A stretch of 64,000 bases of DNA, taken from NCBI GenBank assembly GCA_048213135.1, contig PS015014.1, positions 60,973-124,972 of the forward strand, read 5' to 3'. The notes beneath the pieces are model-generated. The model made no database searches. It was not told the DNA's origin and saw only the letters and a program-made list of their open reading frames with translations. Shown here one piece after another: positions 51,072 to 62,866 of the stretch (positions within the stretch are counted from its first letter, which is position 1; each line of letters begins with the position of its first letter). The position numbers were made by a program, and so were the translations under genes. The DNA comes from Reclinomonas americana ATCC 50394 (lineage: Eukaryota).

Positions 51072-51862
51072 GCAGTACCAGCAGCAGATGTACGCGCAGC
51101 AGATGATGGCTCAGCAGCAACAGCAGCAGATGATGATGGCGCAGGGTATGCTCCCGTACGGCGCCGCTGGCGGTTATGGAGCTCACCAGGGTGAGTTCCA
51201 CTCACCCCCTCCGACCGTGGCGTTGGTATGTACTGACTCCACTCCGTAGGTATGATGGGCGGAGGTCTTGGAGCTGGCCTGCCGGGCATGCCTGGTCAGT
51301 CAGCGCCACAGCCTGGCGTCGGTGGTGGCTTTGGAGCACCTGCACCCGCACCAGTGAGTGTCACGTCTCGTGTTTCTGGATGATTGCCACTTGTTGATTT
51401 GATTTTTTTGTGTCGACGCAGGAACCCGCTGCCCCTGATCCATTCGCGGGCATTGTGGACTTGAAGCACGCTAATGTGGCCAAGAAGCCTGCCGGTGCTC
51501 CCGCTCCGGCACGCCCAGCTGGTATGTTGCTTGCGCGCTGACGCATGCATTCTCATGTCTGTTTCGTCGTTTGACGTGTTTTCTTGCGCCAGCTGCCCCG
51601 GCGGCCGCACCATCAAATGGATTCGGCGACGCGTTCGGCGCCCCTGCTCCCGCTCGTGCCCCGGCACCCGCTGCCTCGTCGATGAGCAGCAGCGATCCGT
51701 TTGGTGACCCATTCGGTGCTCCGGCGCCTGCGCAAGGTACGACAAACGCTCCCGCTTGCACCTCTCAGTCTACGCCTTCTCACACCATTCTCTCTCCGCA
51801 CAGCGCCGAAGCCTGCAGCTGCTCCTGCGGCGGCCGCTGGCAATCCGTTTGACTTCTTCTAA
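48525..51862 (+). CDS. ArfGAP with NPF/NPY and FG repeats (AGFG/HRB subfamily-like)
   Basis: Spliced CFSCSTRGNVYAVLPFNIFVCTHCAGIHR (CX2CX16CX2C); HRVKGIGMANFTPDEVKALQEGGN; NPY/NPF repeats; ends GNPFDFF*. Confidence 0.88.
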
Positions 51863-52048
51863 GCTCCCCTGTCAACCACTTGCCCCTCTCTCCCTCTCTC
51901 TCCTGTCGCTAGTTGGCATGAAAAAAGAAGTATTTCCGTGTAGTTGCTGTCCCTCGCTCGGACAGTTGTCTTTGTCTCGTTTCCTCACTCTCTGTTCCTT
52001 TTTTTGACTCTTTCGTTTTAGTAAACCTCCCATCTTTCTCTCTCTCTC

Positions 52049-52693
52049 TCATCGATAGTATCGCTGCACACTGTCGCAAATGGCCTCGACACCCGACTTG
52101 GCGTCGTCCTCGCTCACATTGCGCGGACACACCGCCCACCAGCACACAAGCAGCGTGTGTCGCAGCTGTGCAAACGAGGCCGGCAGCATCTCCACCGGCG
52201 CACTGCCAATGCCGAGATCCAGCAGCGCGGACAACTCGCCAATGCCCTCCGGCAACGCGCTCAGCTCCTCATTGCCGTCCACATGCAGCACCTGCAGTCG
52301 CCGCAGCTGACACACCTCATCCGGCAGGCGGCGTAACCTGTTACGATCCACTCGCAGCTCACGCAGGTGCACCAGCAGTGCAATCTCCCGTGGCAGCTCC
52401 TCCAGCGCATTGTCATGCAACGCCAGGTGCGTCAACGAACCCGCCAATGAGCGACACAGTGGCGCTGGTAGACACCCGCGCAACGCATTGTGATCCAAGT
52501 ACACGTGCACAGTGCGCCTGCCGACCGCCTCAGCGACCGCCTCCCACACCTCGTCTTCCACGGACTCCAGCGTGCGATCATGAGCGTCGATCACCACCTC
52601 CTCGTGTGACGCATTCTGCTCGATCGCTGTCAACGTCGCCAGTGACGAGAGTCGCCACACGTGGTCGTCGCACGCAGGAACACGCCACTCCAT
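52049..52693 (-). CDS. Small intronless leucine-rich-repeat protein
   Basis: LTHLALHDNALEELPREIALLVHLRELRVDRNRLRRLPDEVCQLRRLQVLHVDGN LRR consensus. Confidence 0.85.
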   Translation of the reverse strand: MEWRVPACDDHVWRLSSLATLTAIEQNASHEEVVIDAHDRTLESVEDEVWEAVAEAVGRRTVHVYLDHNALRGCLPAPLCRSLAGSLTHLALHDNALEELPREIALLVHLRELRVDRNRLRRLPDEVCQLRRLQVLHVDGNEELSALPEGIGELSALLDLGIGSAPVEMLPASFAQLRHTLLVCWWAVCPRNVSEDDAKSGVEAICDSVQRYYR

Positions 52694-52765
52694 CCAAGGC
52701 GCAAAGAAAGGCGAAGGAAGGACACGATCGCGCGCGGACGGGACACCACTTTGTGGACGGAAGGA

Positions 52766-54281
52766 ATGGGAGAGAGGGAGGTGTGGCTGGCGACCGCCAG
52801 CAGTGACCCCGTGTCTACAGTGGACGAGTACACCTCCAAGGCCGGCGGTCGTCCGGTGCGTGCACGTCACACACTCACACTCTCTTCATCCTCTCACTCT
52901 TCCTGCACACCAGGTGTGGCTGGTGCCGCCTTCTGCTGGAAGTGATGGAGAAGGGGTGCGCTGTCTGTCATGCGGAGGTGCACTGTGGCTGCTCGTGCAG
53001 GTGCACTATCCCATGTGCGGAGTGGAGGAGCTGATGATGTTGGTGTTTGGGTGTCCATCGTCTGCATGTTGCGGCAAGCCGGGCAGGTGCGTGCGAGTCG
53101 CCTGTCTCTTGAGCTCCTCGGTGGCGCACTCATGTGTGTGCGTGTGTGTGGTCAGTGTGAGGGCGTTCCGATCGCAGAGGAGGCCTGCACCAGTGGCAGC
53201 GACGACGACTGCAGCTGCGGCGTCGCCTGTTGTCAAGTACACGGCCACGTTTGCTGTCAGCGATGACTGGGGCGCAGACGATGACGACGACGAAGAGGAA
53301 GAGGAACAAAAGAAGGTGGTGGTGGTGGAGGAGGAGGAGAAGGTTGTTGCACCGGTAGCATCGCAGGCGTCGAGCAGCTCTGGTGCGATTGTTGAGGAGG
53401 GCGAAGAGGAGGTAGAGAAGCCGGAGGCCGTGGCCGAGGTCGAGGTGGAAGGGGAGGCCGAGGTGGATGTGGATGCTGACATTGAGGCGCTGCTGCAGCT
53501 GCGATTACAGCAGCTGACGGGCGATCAGCGAAGGAAACCGAGTTGCGACGACGACGCCACTCGTTCACCAACACAATCGCGTCACTCACTTAGATGTATG
53601 TCGCAGAGCGATCGGCAGCGGCTCAAGCACCGTCGACCGACGTCGGAGAGGAACTAGGGGGAGGAGGAGGTGAGGCATCTGGCAGCGGCAGCAGCAGTGG
53701 TAGTTCGGCTGCTGGCGTGGCGTTCCCGGAGATGTACCTGGCTGTGTTTCGCGAACCCGATGCCTCGGCCGAGCTGGCCGACGACGACGAGACCTCTCGA
53801 CTCATGCACGAGTACGAGGCGCACGCAGCAGAGCGCGAAAGCGAGGAAGCAGAGTCGGCAGCAGGTAGTGGCGGCNNNNNNNNNNNNNNNNNNNNGCGGC
53901 ATGGAACGAGGAGTACGAGACGATGCACGGCGACGCCAAGTACCAGCTGCGCTTCCAGCGTCGCATGCGCCGCTGCCCGGACCAGTGCGTTCGTTTTGGC
54001 GGTCGCCCACTATGGACATGCGCACCGAGCGCTGCCGACACTGCTCCACCACCACCGTGCCCACACTGCGGCGCCGCTCGCTCGTTTGCCCTGCAACTGG
54101 TGCCGACACTGCTGTTCGAATTCGGCGTGCTTACCGGACCCGACTGGTCCGCCATCTACGTGTTCTCCTGTGAAGAGGCGTGTCGGCAGGCCAGCGCCCG
54201 CACCGCCGCCGAGCGCGAATGCTGTGTCGAAGAGCACGTNNNNNNNNNNNNNNNNNNNNCATTGTACATCGAGACGACTGA
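52766..54281 (+). CDS. PDCD2L: PDCD2-like / Tsr4 ribosomal-protein chaperone
   Basis: SKAGGRPVW..CLSCGGALWLLVQV..VFGC; C-terminal RFQRRMRRCPDQCVRFGGRPLW..CPHCGAARSFALQLVPTLL..DWSAIYVFSC. The end is inferred across a 20-N gap. Confidence 0.85.
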
Positions 54282-54336
54282 TCGACAGACAGACGGACTC
54301 ATCGCAGTGTTTCTTTTCAGTGTCTTTGCTGCGCGC

Positions 54337-54733
54337 ATGCTGTCCATCACAGGCCTCTTCAAGCTCATCATCCTCTTCCTCAACGCTTTTGCCATCCTGT
54401 CAGAGACGTTCCTCGCGCAGAGTTACGCTCTCTCCCACACACTCTCTCAGAGTGTGTCTCTCTCTCACATGAATCGCGCGCAGTCGGTCTGGCCGAGCCC
54501 AAAGGCCAAGGCGCACACGATGCCGCCTTCCTGCGCCAGATAGGCGGTGCCTCGCAAGACTCTGTGCGCATTCGCCTCATGAAGTTCCTGGAGAGCGTGC
54601 GCTTCCTCATGCGAAGTTACACTCAGTCTTCCTCTCATGCACACACACGCACACACTGACTGTTAATGTGCACACAGCACCACTGATCTTCCTCAACACG
54701 CTCACCATGGCCGTGCTGATTGTGTTTGGATAG
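54337..54733 (+). CDS. IER3IP1: Yos1/IER3IP1 ER-Golgi transport protein, 3 exons
   Basis: LIILFLNAFAILSETFLAQIG..FLESVRFLMRTPLIFLNTLTMAVLIVFG*. Confidence 0.88.
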
Positions 54734-54793
54734 CACACATTGAGTAAACAACGTTTGATCACGAGTTGTCCTTCTTGTTCGCGCTCTTTCCAC

Positions 54794-56268
54794 ATGGCGT
54801 CTTCGTCATCTCCATTAGGCAATGGTGCTCAAGAGGAGGAGGAAGAGGCACTGCGTGAGGAGTTTGAGCAGCTGCTGGAGGAGGCGAGCAGTGAGGATCG
54901 TGTGGCGCGACAGCAACGATTGGCGCAGTTGGTGTTCACACGTGGAGTGCCACGCGAGACAGAGGTGTGCGCACATATGTGAGCACGCGTGTGTGTGTGT
55001 GTGTGTGTCTCACACATGTGTGTGAATGGAAAGGAGGAGGTCATGCGCTTGCAGACGCACATGGAGCCTGGATTGCGCGCGCGACTGTGGAAGGCGTTTC
55101 TTGCAGTGCCGCCATATGAGGCTGAAGAGTTGAGCAACACACTGTTGTACACATGCCACGTGCGCGCGTATTCATGCTTTGTCCACACATGGTGCAGGTA
55201 CTTGAGGTATGTGCATTGCGATGATGAGCTGGAGGCGTGGAAGGAGGCGGCGATCATTGAGGACGATGCACCGCGCACGTTGAAGAAGAACTTTGAGTTC
55301 TCCGCGCGTGCTCCTCAAGACATTCTGCGGCGTGTCTTGTACTGCATCCTGCGTGCGATTCGTTGAGTTGTCTCTGCGTTCTTGCAAGTGACTTGCTCTT
55401 GTGACTGAGTGGGCTCTCTCGCAGCAACGCAAAAGTACATTCAGGGCATGAATGTGACANNNNNNNNNNNNNNNNNNNNCTGGCGCCGTTTCTGGTGGTC
55501 ATGCCCGAGGTCGACGCCTTCTTCTCGTATCGCCGGTTCATCACCATGTTTTGCCCCACGTACTACTTGTCGGGCATGCCGGGTGTGTATGCCGGATTGG
55601 AGGTCTGTCCATCGCTCACCTGTTCTGCAGCTGCATAGTGCTGACACCGTGTCGCAGCTGACCGCCGAGTTGGTGCGCCGGCGCGATCCTGATCTCTTTC
55701 GCCATGTGTTCCAAAGGCCAAGTGGCTCCTTTGATGCCGGCACGTTTTTGGCCATGTGGTTTGCCAGTTGCGCCTCTCTCCTTGCTCCTTCTCCCTCTCG
55801 CTCCACCACTGACACCTGAGAAAAACGACAGAGCTACTCGCCGCGTTCACCGACGTGCAGCCGCTGGAGGAGGTGCTGAAACTGTGGGACTTTATGTTGG
55901 CCTTTGGTGGAACACACATGCTGGTGTTCATGGCCGTGGGGTTCCATTCGCTGCATCNNNNNNNNNNNNNNNNNNNNGGGAGGCATTCATGCAGAGCACC
56001 AAGTTGCGCAGACGCCGTGGCACGCATCGATGATTGCTTCCCCCACTCATGCTGCGACAGGTCGGTGATCGCCAAGTCGCTGGTCGAGGATCGGCATTTT
56101 GAGGCACGCCCGCTGCAACGCGAGGCGCTGGCCGCCGCCGAGTGGACCGCCGAACACCACCCTGACCTGTACGACGACTGCGTGCAGCACTGCCTAGACG
56201 TGAACGTGTGCGAGCGGTTATTCAACACCCACGGTCGCTTCCACCGCATGGCACACGAACGTCGATAA
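54794..56268 (+). CDS. TBC-domain GTPase-activating protein, Bub2/Cdc16-like
   Basis: LRARLWKAFL; IEDDAPRT (Arg finger); YIQGMN (Gln finger); APFLVVMPEVDAF; PLEEVLKLWDFMLAFG. Confidence 0.85.
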
Positions 56269-56313
56269 AAAAAAAATCATAACCCGCCTCTCATGTGTTT
56301 TCGTGTTCTCTTT

Positions 56314-57043
56314 TTACAAGTGGCGCTTGCCGAGGGTCCTCACACGCGCGTCAAACGTACGCGTAGTGATGGGCTTGGTGGGGCTGAAGAAGGGGCTCAT
56401 CATGACCTTCAGGAACAACTCGTAGACCTCCTTGAAGAAGGCCTTGACTCCGTCCTACCAGCAACAGCAGCACAGTGAGACAACGCGCAATCAACAGGCA
56501 CACACTGTAGGCGCAACTGGCGGCAGGTTATCGTGCAACAACATGAACTGCGCACACAGCACAAGTGGTGAGCGTGAGTCGACACAGGGAACGAGAAACA
56601 GACTGACCCGAACACCCGACGCTGTGATGAACGCCGACACAATGTAGTCATTGAAGCGGTCGACGCTGCCACTCTTCAGAAACCTGTGTTGTTGTTGTGT
56701 TAACATGGGAGCATGTGTGAGAGAGAGAGGAGAAAGAGCGCAACATGGAGGTTGTCTTCCACTGCTCCTCATCGACAAAGTCCAGTGCGGCGTGGATCAC
56801 AAACTGGTTCAAGTGGCTCGAGTCCTCGCGCTGTGCGAGGAAAGTCAGCACACAGAGAGAGACACACACACACAGAGAGAGAGAGCGCGCAACTCGTGAT
56901 CCTCCTGTGAACTCGGCCTGTGTGTGTGACACGAGTGAGCGCATGTGTGTGTGTTTGAGTGTGTGTGCGTGGAGAACCTCATAGATGGGCGTGTCCTTGT
57001 CGCCGACAATCACAAAGCATGAGTACTTGGAAGCGGATGACAT
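56314..57043 (-). CDS. TRAPPC2: TRAPP complex subunit 2 (sedlin/Trs20)
   Basis: FVIVGDKDTPIYEAEF; HLNQFVIHAALDFVDE; VDRFNDYIVSAFITA; FMLLHD; FFKEVYELFLKVMMSPF. Confidence 0.93.
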
Positions 57044-57341
57044 CCTTCACACACAACAAGAAGAAGAGAGAGTGGAGTGATTGTCAATCGACCGATCGCG
57101 CGTGTTGATTGCGTTCGTGTGCGTGTGTGTGTGCAGCAACGTCACAACACACACACAGACATACAGACAGACAGAGAGAAGGTGTGTACGCGTGTGTGCG
57201 CGTGCGTGCGAGAGGGATGAACGCCATCTCTCACTCTTTCTCACTCACTCACGCCCTCTCTCTCTCTCACACTCACACACACACACACTCTCTCTCACTC
57301 ACACTCTCTAGAGAGCGCCTGCTGCCTGCCGTCGCATTGCA

Positions 57342-59741
57342 ATGAAGGGCTCATCGACATCGTGTCAGTACTGCCCGAACGCACAGTTGATTGACGAGTT
57401 GCGTGCACACACTCTCTCTCACACACACTCTCTCACACACACTCACTGACACTCGCTGTGTGAAAACCAATCGCAGTCGATTACATTCAGTCATTGTGTG
57501 TGAACGATGTCGTCGAGTTGCGTGCGCGCGCTTTCCAGTGTCAACACACACACACACACACACAGAGAGTGCATGCTGATAGAGTGTGTGTGCAGGTTCT
57601 GGAGGAGCGACGAACGGACACGGGTGAGGTGACGATTGGACCGGAGGAAGATCAGCTCTTGTGTGTGGTTCTCGAGGACTTGGTGGAGCACACGCCCAAC
57701 TTGGACGTTGCGTGCGCTCATGCTTTTCTCTCTCTCTCTCTCTCGCTCTGTGTGCGCTGATTGTCGCTCGCAGTTGCCCAACGATCCGTTCGGCACGCAA
57801 GGGTACATTACGGCGTTCAGGCAGGTGCAAGTGGCGCACGACTATGCGCTGACGGCCACGGCACGGTGTGCATGTATGCGGCTGCTGCTTGTCGTGCGTT
57901 TGCTCGTGCTGATGTTTGTGTTTTGCGGTCGTGGGCAGAACAATGGCGCCGACACTGGCGGAATTCGAGCGCAGCATGAGCGATGTGTTGTTTGGCGATC
58001 AGTCGACCGATAGTTGCGCGTGCTCTCTGCCCTTACTCATCGCTTTCGTGGCGATCTCACGCGGCGCCAGGTGTACCGGTGATTGCGGCCATTGCGCCGA
58101 CGACGCTCAAGGGCCTGACGACGTCGTACTTTCTCTGCCACGATCTGTGCGACATGTTTGGGCTGGAGACGTATGTGGCGGAGCGCATGGTCACCACGCT
58201 GAAGACGACGGTGCTGTCGGGCAAGCTGCGTTTTGGGAAGAGTGTGGAGCCGACAGTGTGCGCCGCGTTGGTGGTGGCGCTGGAGGGCGTGGAGCCATCG
58301 CCGGAGGTGCCGACCCTGGCGCAGATTGCCGACATGTATGAGCAGCCGATTCACGATGTGGTGCGCTACGTGGAACTGATCAAGTTGCGTGACGATGCGC
58401 GCGTGGAGTATGTTGCGCGTCTCTGCTGCTCACCACTGCGTGCGCAGGCAATCGACAAGAGCACTGGCGGCTGCGGCGGCAATGGCTGCTGCCTCCTCGG
58501 CGGCCGCTGGCTCGTCGACCACCACCACCGCCTCGGCTGGCGCTCCGTCGGGATCGTCGACGTTGTCTGTGCACATGTCATCGTCGGTCATGTCGTCGTC
58601 GGCGGTGAGCGCTGCTGCTGCGGCGGCCGCCGCCGCTACAGCAAGTTCCATGTCGTCTCCATCGTCAGGGTCGGCCAGCAATGCGGCGTCACGGACCCTG
58701 GTGCAGGAGGTGCTGGAGACACTCGATCGGTACATGGATCAGTTCGACTTGTCGCCCACCACGCGAATGATTGCAAAACATGTGGGCGAACACTTTGCCA
58801 TGGTGTCGAAGCGCATCTCCATTTCTATTTCGGCGGCCTCCATGTGAGTGTGTGTGTGTGTGTCTGTGATTGTCGCTTGGGAGAGAGATGTATGCTGACT
58901 CGTGCCCGTCCAGCTACGTGACCACGCTACTGGAGTGCGAATACCGAACACAAGCGGAGCTGTCGCAGGCCATGAAGGTGTCGAAGGTGACGCTGCGCAA
59001 GGTGGCGCGCGAGATCTCCGACCGGCTAGCCTCGCTGTTGCCGAGAGATTACAAGCCGAAACAGTCGGTGGAGGAGGTGATTTCGTGGTTCCGACGCGAG
59101 ACCTCGGGTGGCGACAAGAAGGCCGATGTGAGTGTTATTAGATTCTATGCTTTTGCCGATTTTGCGTTGTTGACAATACGTGTTTCGGCAGCGTCCGTGG
59201 GTCAAACCGAGGAAGACAAGCAACGGGACGGCGAGTGGCGGAGCCAGTGCCACCTCGTCGACTGCCACCAGCACGACGACCACGACGACGACAACCACCA
59301 CCGCTGCCACGGCCACTGCCGCCGCAGGAGACGCCATGTCTGCAGCAGCGAAGAACGCACGTGGCTCAAACGGCACGCCAACCATGACCACGGCCGTCGC
59401 AGGCTCACAATCACCACCAGCCGCGGTACGTGCACATGGAATCCCAAGAGAGGAGAGAAGAGACACGCATTCACTCATGTTGTTGACTGGTAACGCAGAC
59501 GGCGGCGTTCCGACCGCGGACCCAGCAAGTGGAGAACTGGACCTTGCTGCTGGCAAACCAAGCTGCAGCCGCTGCAGCCGCCGCAGCCGCAGCAGCATCG
59601 TCATCACCGTCGTCCTCTTCCAGCCTCATTGCCGGCATCAGACCACCACAATCAGCAGGTGATGCAGCACTACCACCACCACCACCACCACCACCACCTC
59701 CTCCTCCGCCACCACCACCACCACCACCGGGGGCGGTATAA
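57342..59741 (+). CDS. Divergent TFIIB-family transcription factor (Zn ribbon, two cyclin folds, low-complexity tail)
   Basis: Spliced CQYCPNAQLIDDRLHSVIVCERCRRVLEER; repeat 1 LCDMFGL..GKSVEPTVCAALVVA..PTLAQIA; repeat 2 SISAASIY..RTQAELSQAMKVSKVTLRKVAREI. Confidence 0.8.
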
Positions 59742-59785
59742 TGATGCCTTTAAAAAGAGAATGTACGTTCCGTTCCGATCATTCG

Positions 59786-60097
59786 TCATTCATCAGTGGC
59801 TGGCAATGCATCGCGCAGTTGTCGTCGCTGCTCACTGGTCAACGATCGCGGCACTGTCAGTCGCGCATATCGCACACGTTCGCGCCCAATGTCGACCACC
59901 AACACGCGGTCGCCCGGCTGCAGCTCCATGTCGGCACCACTGCATTCACAATCAGAGACAGAATGAGAGAGACCGGGTGAAAGATTGAGACAAAAAACAC
60001 GCAACGCAGAGACAGAATCGGCGCCATGCACGCGAGCGTACAGTGCACTGGCGAGAGAGGAGAGCGCAGAGAGGAGCGTGGAGAGCCCGAAGACCAT
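59786..60097 (-). CDS. Small hypothetical two-exon protein
   Basis: MVFGLSTLLSALSSLASALYARV.., a GTTGCGT..CAG intron, then GADMELQPGDRVLVVDIG..VPRSLTSEQRRQLRDALPATDE*. Confidence 0.45.
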   Translation of the reverse strand: MVFGLSTLLSALSSLASALYARVHGADSVSALRVFCLNLSPGLSHSVSDCECSGADMELQPGDRVLVVDIGRERVRYARLTVPRSLTSEQRRQLRDALPATDE

Positions 60098-60188
60098 CGA
60101 TAATTCGCGTAACAATCCACAGTCCACTGCAGTGAACTGATCATCGTGTTTCCTTGTCGTTGCTTCTGTGCGAGCGGGTCTCCATTAA

Positions 60189-62225
60189 ATGGAGCTCGTG
60201 ATTGGCGATGAGACGGGCCTGATCAAGAGTTGCGTGCATCATCTGCTGTGCTTTGTGCCTGTTGCCTTGCCTATTTGCTGACTTCGACTGTGTATGATAG
60301 ACATTCGAGTGGGCCGCACCAATGTCGCGCTGCACAAGTGGGGTGTGCAGAACCGCGAGAACGGCGTCGTTGGACTGGTGTGGCGACCGGAGCACGAGTA
60401 CCGGCAGGTTTGCGTGTGTTTTTTTTTGGTCGGCATGTGCACATGCACATGTACATCTCCACTCACACAACCGCAACAGACGATTCACCTGTGCAACAAT
60501 GGCACTGGTGCCGTGTACGATGTGAGCAATGGGAACGAGGTGGTGCAATTCGGAGGCGTGTTGCCGCATGCGATGGGCATGAGGGCCTTGTCGAGCGAGT
60601 TGCGTTTTTCTTGAAAGAAACATGCATCTCGTGGACGTGCTTATTCATTCATTCCGGTGTTGCTCACAGCCACCCGTGTGTGTGTCTCTCCTCCCTGTAG
60701 TCGACTGGTGTGTGCCGATGCCGAGGGAAAGGTGCAAGTGGCGTCCTTTGCCGATTTGCTGGCATCATCGTCATCGTCGCATGATGACGAGGATGAGCAT
60801 GTGGCTGCCGATGAGGACGGACCACCACCCGTGTCGGTGCTGACGAACATGGAGTGCAATGGTCCCGTGTCGGCCTTTGATTGCTGTGCAGCGACCGGCG
60901 AGGTGGTGCTGGGCGGACGGGAAAATCTCATCAAGGTTGGCGTGTTTTCTTGTCATCATCTTGCTGCCTTCTCAATCAAGCTCACCTCACATCTCCTGCA
61001 GGTGTGGAATGTGGAAACGGAGCAAATGGTGTGGGCAGGCAAGAATGTCAGGCCCGACTTTCTCGACGTGCCGTTCAGAATATGGCCGCGCGGTGTGCGC
61101 TTCATGAACCACAACCCCCAGGTTTGTGTACTCTCATATTTGTCTCCCTCGGCAAGCCACCGCGATGCTTACTCCTCTTTTTCTCTCCATCTATCTCTCG
61201 CAGGTCATGTTTACGTGCACCGCGTACGCCCAGGTGCGCATGTGGGACCGTCGTGTGACGCGCTCACGGCGGCCGGTGGTGTCGGCCTTCCACGGAAAGA
61301 CCATGTGCGACATTAGCGACCTGTGTTACCAGTGCTTGACCGTGAGCCCAGACGACACGCTGTTGGCGGTGGGCAATCGCGATGGTGGTGTGGCTGTGTT
61401 TGACGTGCGAAGATTAGGTATGTGTGTCTTGGGGGAAGAAGCACACTTCATCGTTCTTTCTCTTCTTCTCTTGGTCCTCTTTCTCCCCCCTGCGAATGCA
61501 CTAGCGCGCATTGCGGGCACGCCAACGTGGTGGCGTGCTCCGGCCCAAAGCAGGGAAAAGCAGAAGATGCAAGCAATGCCATTTCCGTACGATTTCTCCA
61601 CGCGGAGAGGGCTGATGATGTGTCGTACATTTCTTTCCCCCCCACCTTTCCCTTTCCTGCTCCCCTTCCATCCCTCTCTCTTGCTACCATTCCCGCTGCC
61701 GTGGCTCACACATTTTTGCTGTCGTTTGTATGACCAGCTGCCCCGGTCCGTGCCTTTATCGGCGCCGGTGGCTCTGTGCGCAACATTGACTTCCACCCGA
61801 CACTTCCTGCCACGCTGGCCACGGTGTCGCTGGATCGCTTTGTGCGCGTTCACAGCATTGAGGAGAAGCGGCCGCTGTACAAGGTATACATGAAGCAGCG
61901 GCTCAACGCGGTGCTGTTCTCCAACGCGTTGCCCGAGGCGCCGCCGACTTCGCAACAGGCCGCGTGGTCAGCTGCGGCTGCTGCTGCCAGTGCGGCGGCG
62001 GCGGCAGAAGATGAGCGAGGAGGATCGTCCAGCAAGGGCGACGACGACTTTGACGAGCGCTTCCGGGCAGCCACACAGCTGCCGCGCGACGCCGAGCTGC
62101 GACGCACAAGGAGAGCGTTGTCGTCGCGCAAGGCCACTGGTGGCAAGAGCGGTGGACGACACGCGGCGGCGGAGGAGGCTGAACCGCCAAAGAAGAAGCG
62201 GAGGAAGACAAGTCGTGAATTGTAA
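60189..62225 (+). CDS. WDR74: WD40 ribosome-biogenesis factor Nsa1/WDR74
   Basis: IGDETGLIK; GGRENLIKVWN..WAGKNVRPDFLDV; GAGGSVRNIDFHPT..VSLDRFVRVH..KVYMKQRL. Confidence 0.9.
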
Positions 62226-62300
62226 GCAATGATGTTTTGCATTCATCCATTGTCGGGGAGTAGATAGGGACAACAGAGAAGTAGCGACGGCTCTTGCTGC

Positions 62301-62798
62301 TCAATGTGACGGCGGCTGCACCGTGATGCCCTTCTTCTTCAGCTCCGCAATCGACCACTCAATGTCCTTCACACAGAGAGGAGACATTAGCACAAAGGCA
62401 CTGTGTGGACGCGACAACGGGAGAACAGCTACCTTCTTCAGCAGATCATACTCCTTCGGGCACGACGGGAAGAAGAGGATGCGCAGCAGCACTCGCACTC
62501 CCGAGACAAGCACCCACGCGGCAAACACCGTCAGCGGCAACTGTGTGCGTAAAAAATGAGCACATGGAAAGAAAGCGAGGCAGTGTGGCCACCACTCACA
62601 TAGGCCACTGCAGTGCTGAGGGCACCGGGCAGCGACGATGCCACTGGTCGCAGTGCGAGCCACGCCTGTGAGTGTGAATGAGTGAGACAAGTGAGTGACA
62701 AGTGGCACTGCATATTGTTTGCGTGGCAACCCCCCCACGCGTGAGCGCACCGCCAGCAGAATGAGAATGTTCAGTGCAACGCGCTGGTATCGTTTCAT
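62301..62798 (-). CDS. DPM3: Dolichol-phosphate mannose synthase subunit 3
   Basis: MKRYQR + 2 TM segments (YLPL) + FPSCPKEYDLLKKDIEWSIAELKKKG. Confidence 0.82.
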   Translation of the reverse strand: MKRYQRVALNILILLAVRSRVGGLPRKQYAVPLVTHLSHSFTLTGVARTATSGIVAARCPQHCSGLCEWWPHCLAFFPCAHFLRTQLPLTVFAAWVLVSGVRVLLRILFFPSCPKEYDLLKKVAVLPLSRPHSAFVLMSPLCVKDIEWSIAELKKKGITVQPPSH

Positions 62799-62866
62799 GC
62801 TGTGCGTGTGTGTGTGTGCGTGCGCGTGTGATTGTGCGGAAAAAGGGGGGCAAAAATTCCCGCGCT

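Noticed and set aside
57596-57706. Apparent cysteine-less (degenerate) zinc ribbon in the TFIIB-like gene
   Set aside because: Two small upstream exons (57342-57397, 57477-57516) supply an intact CxxC..CxxC ribbon.
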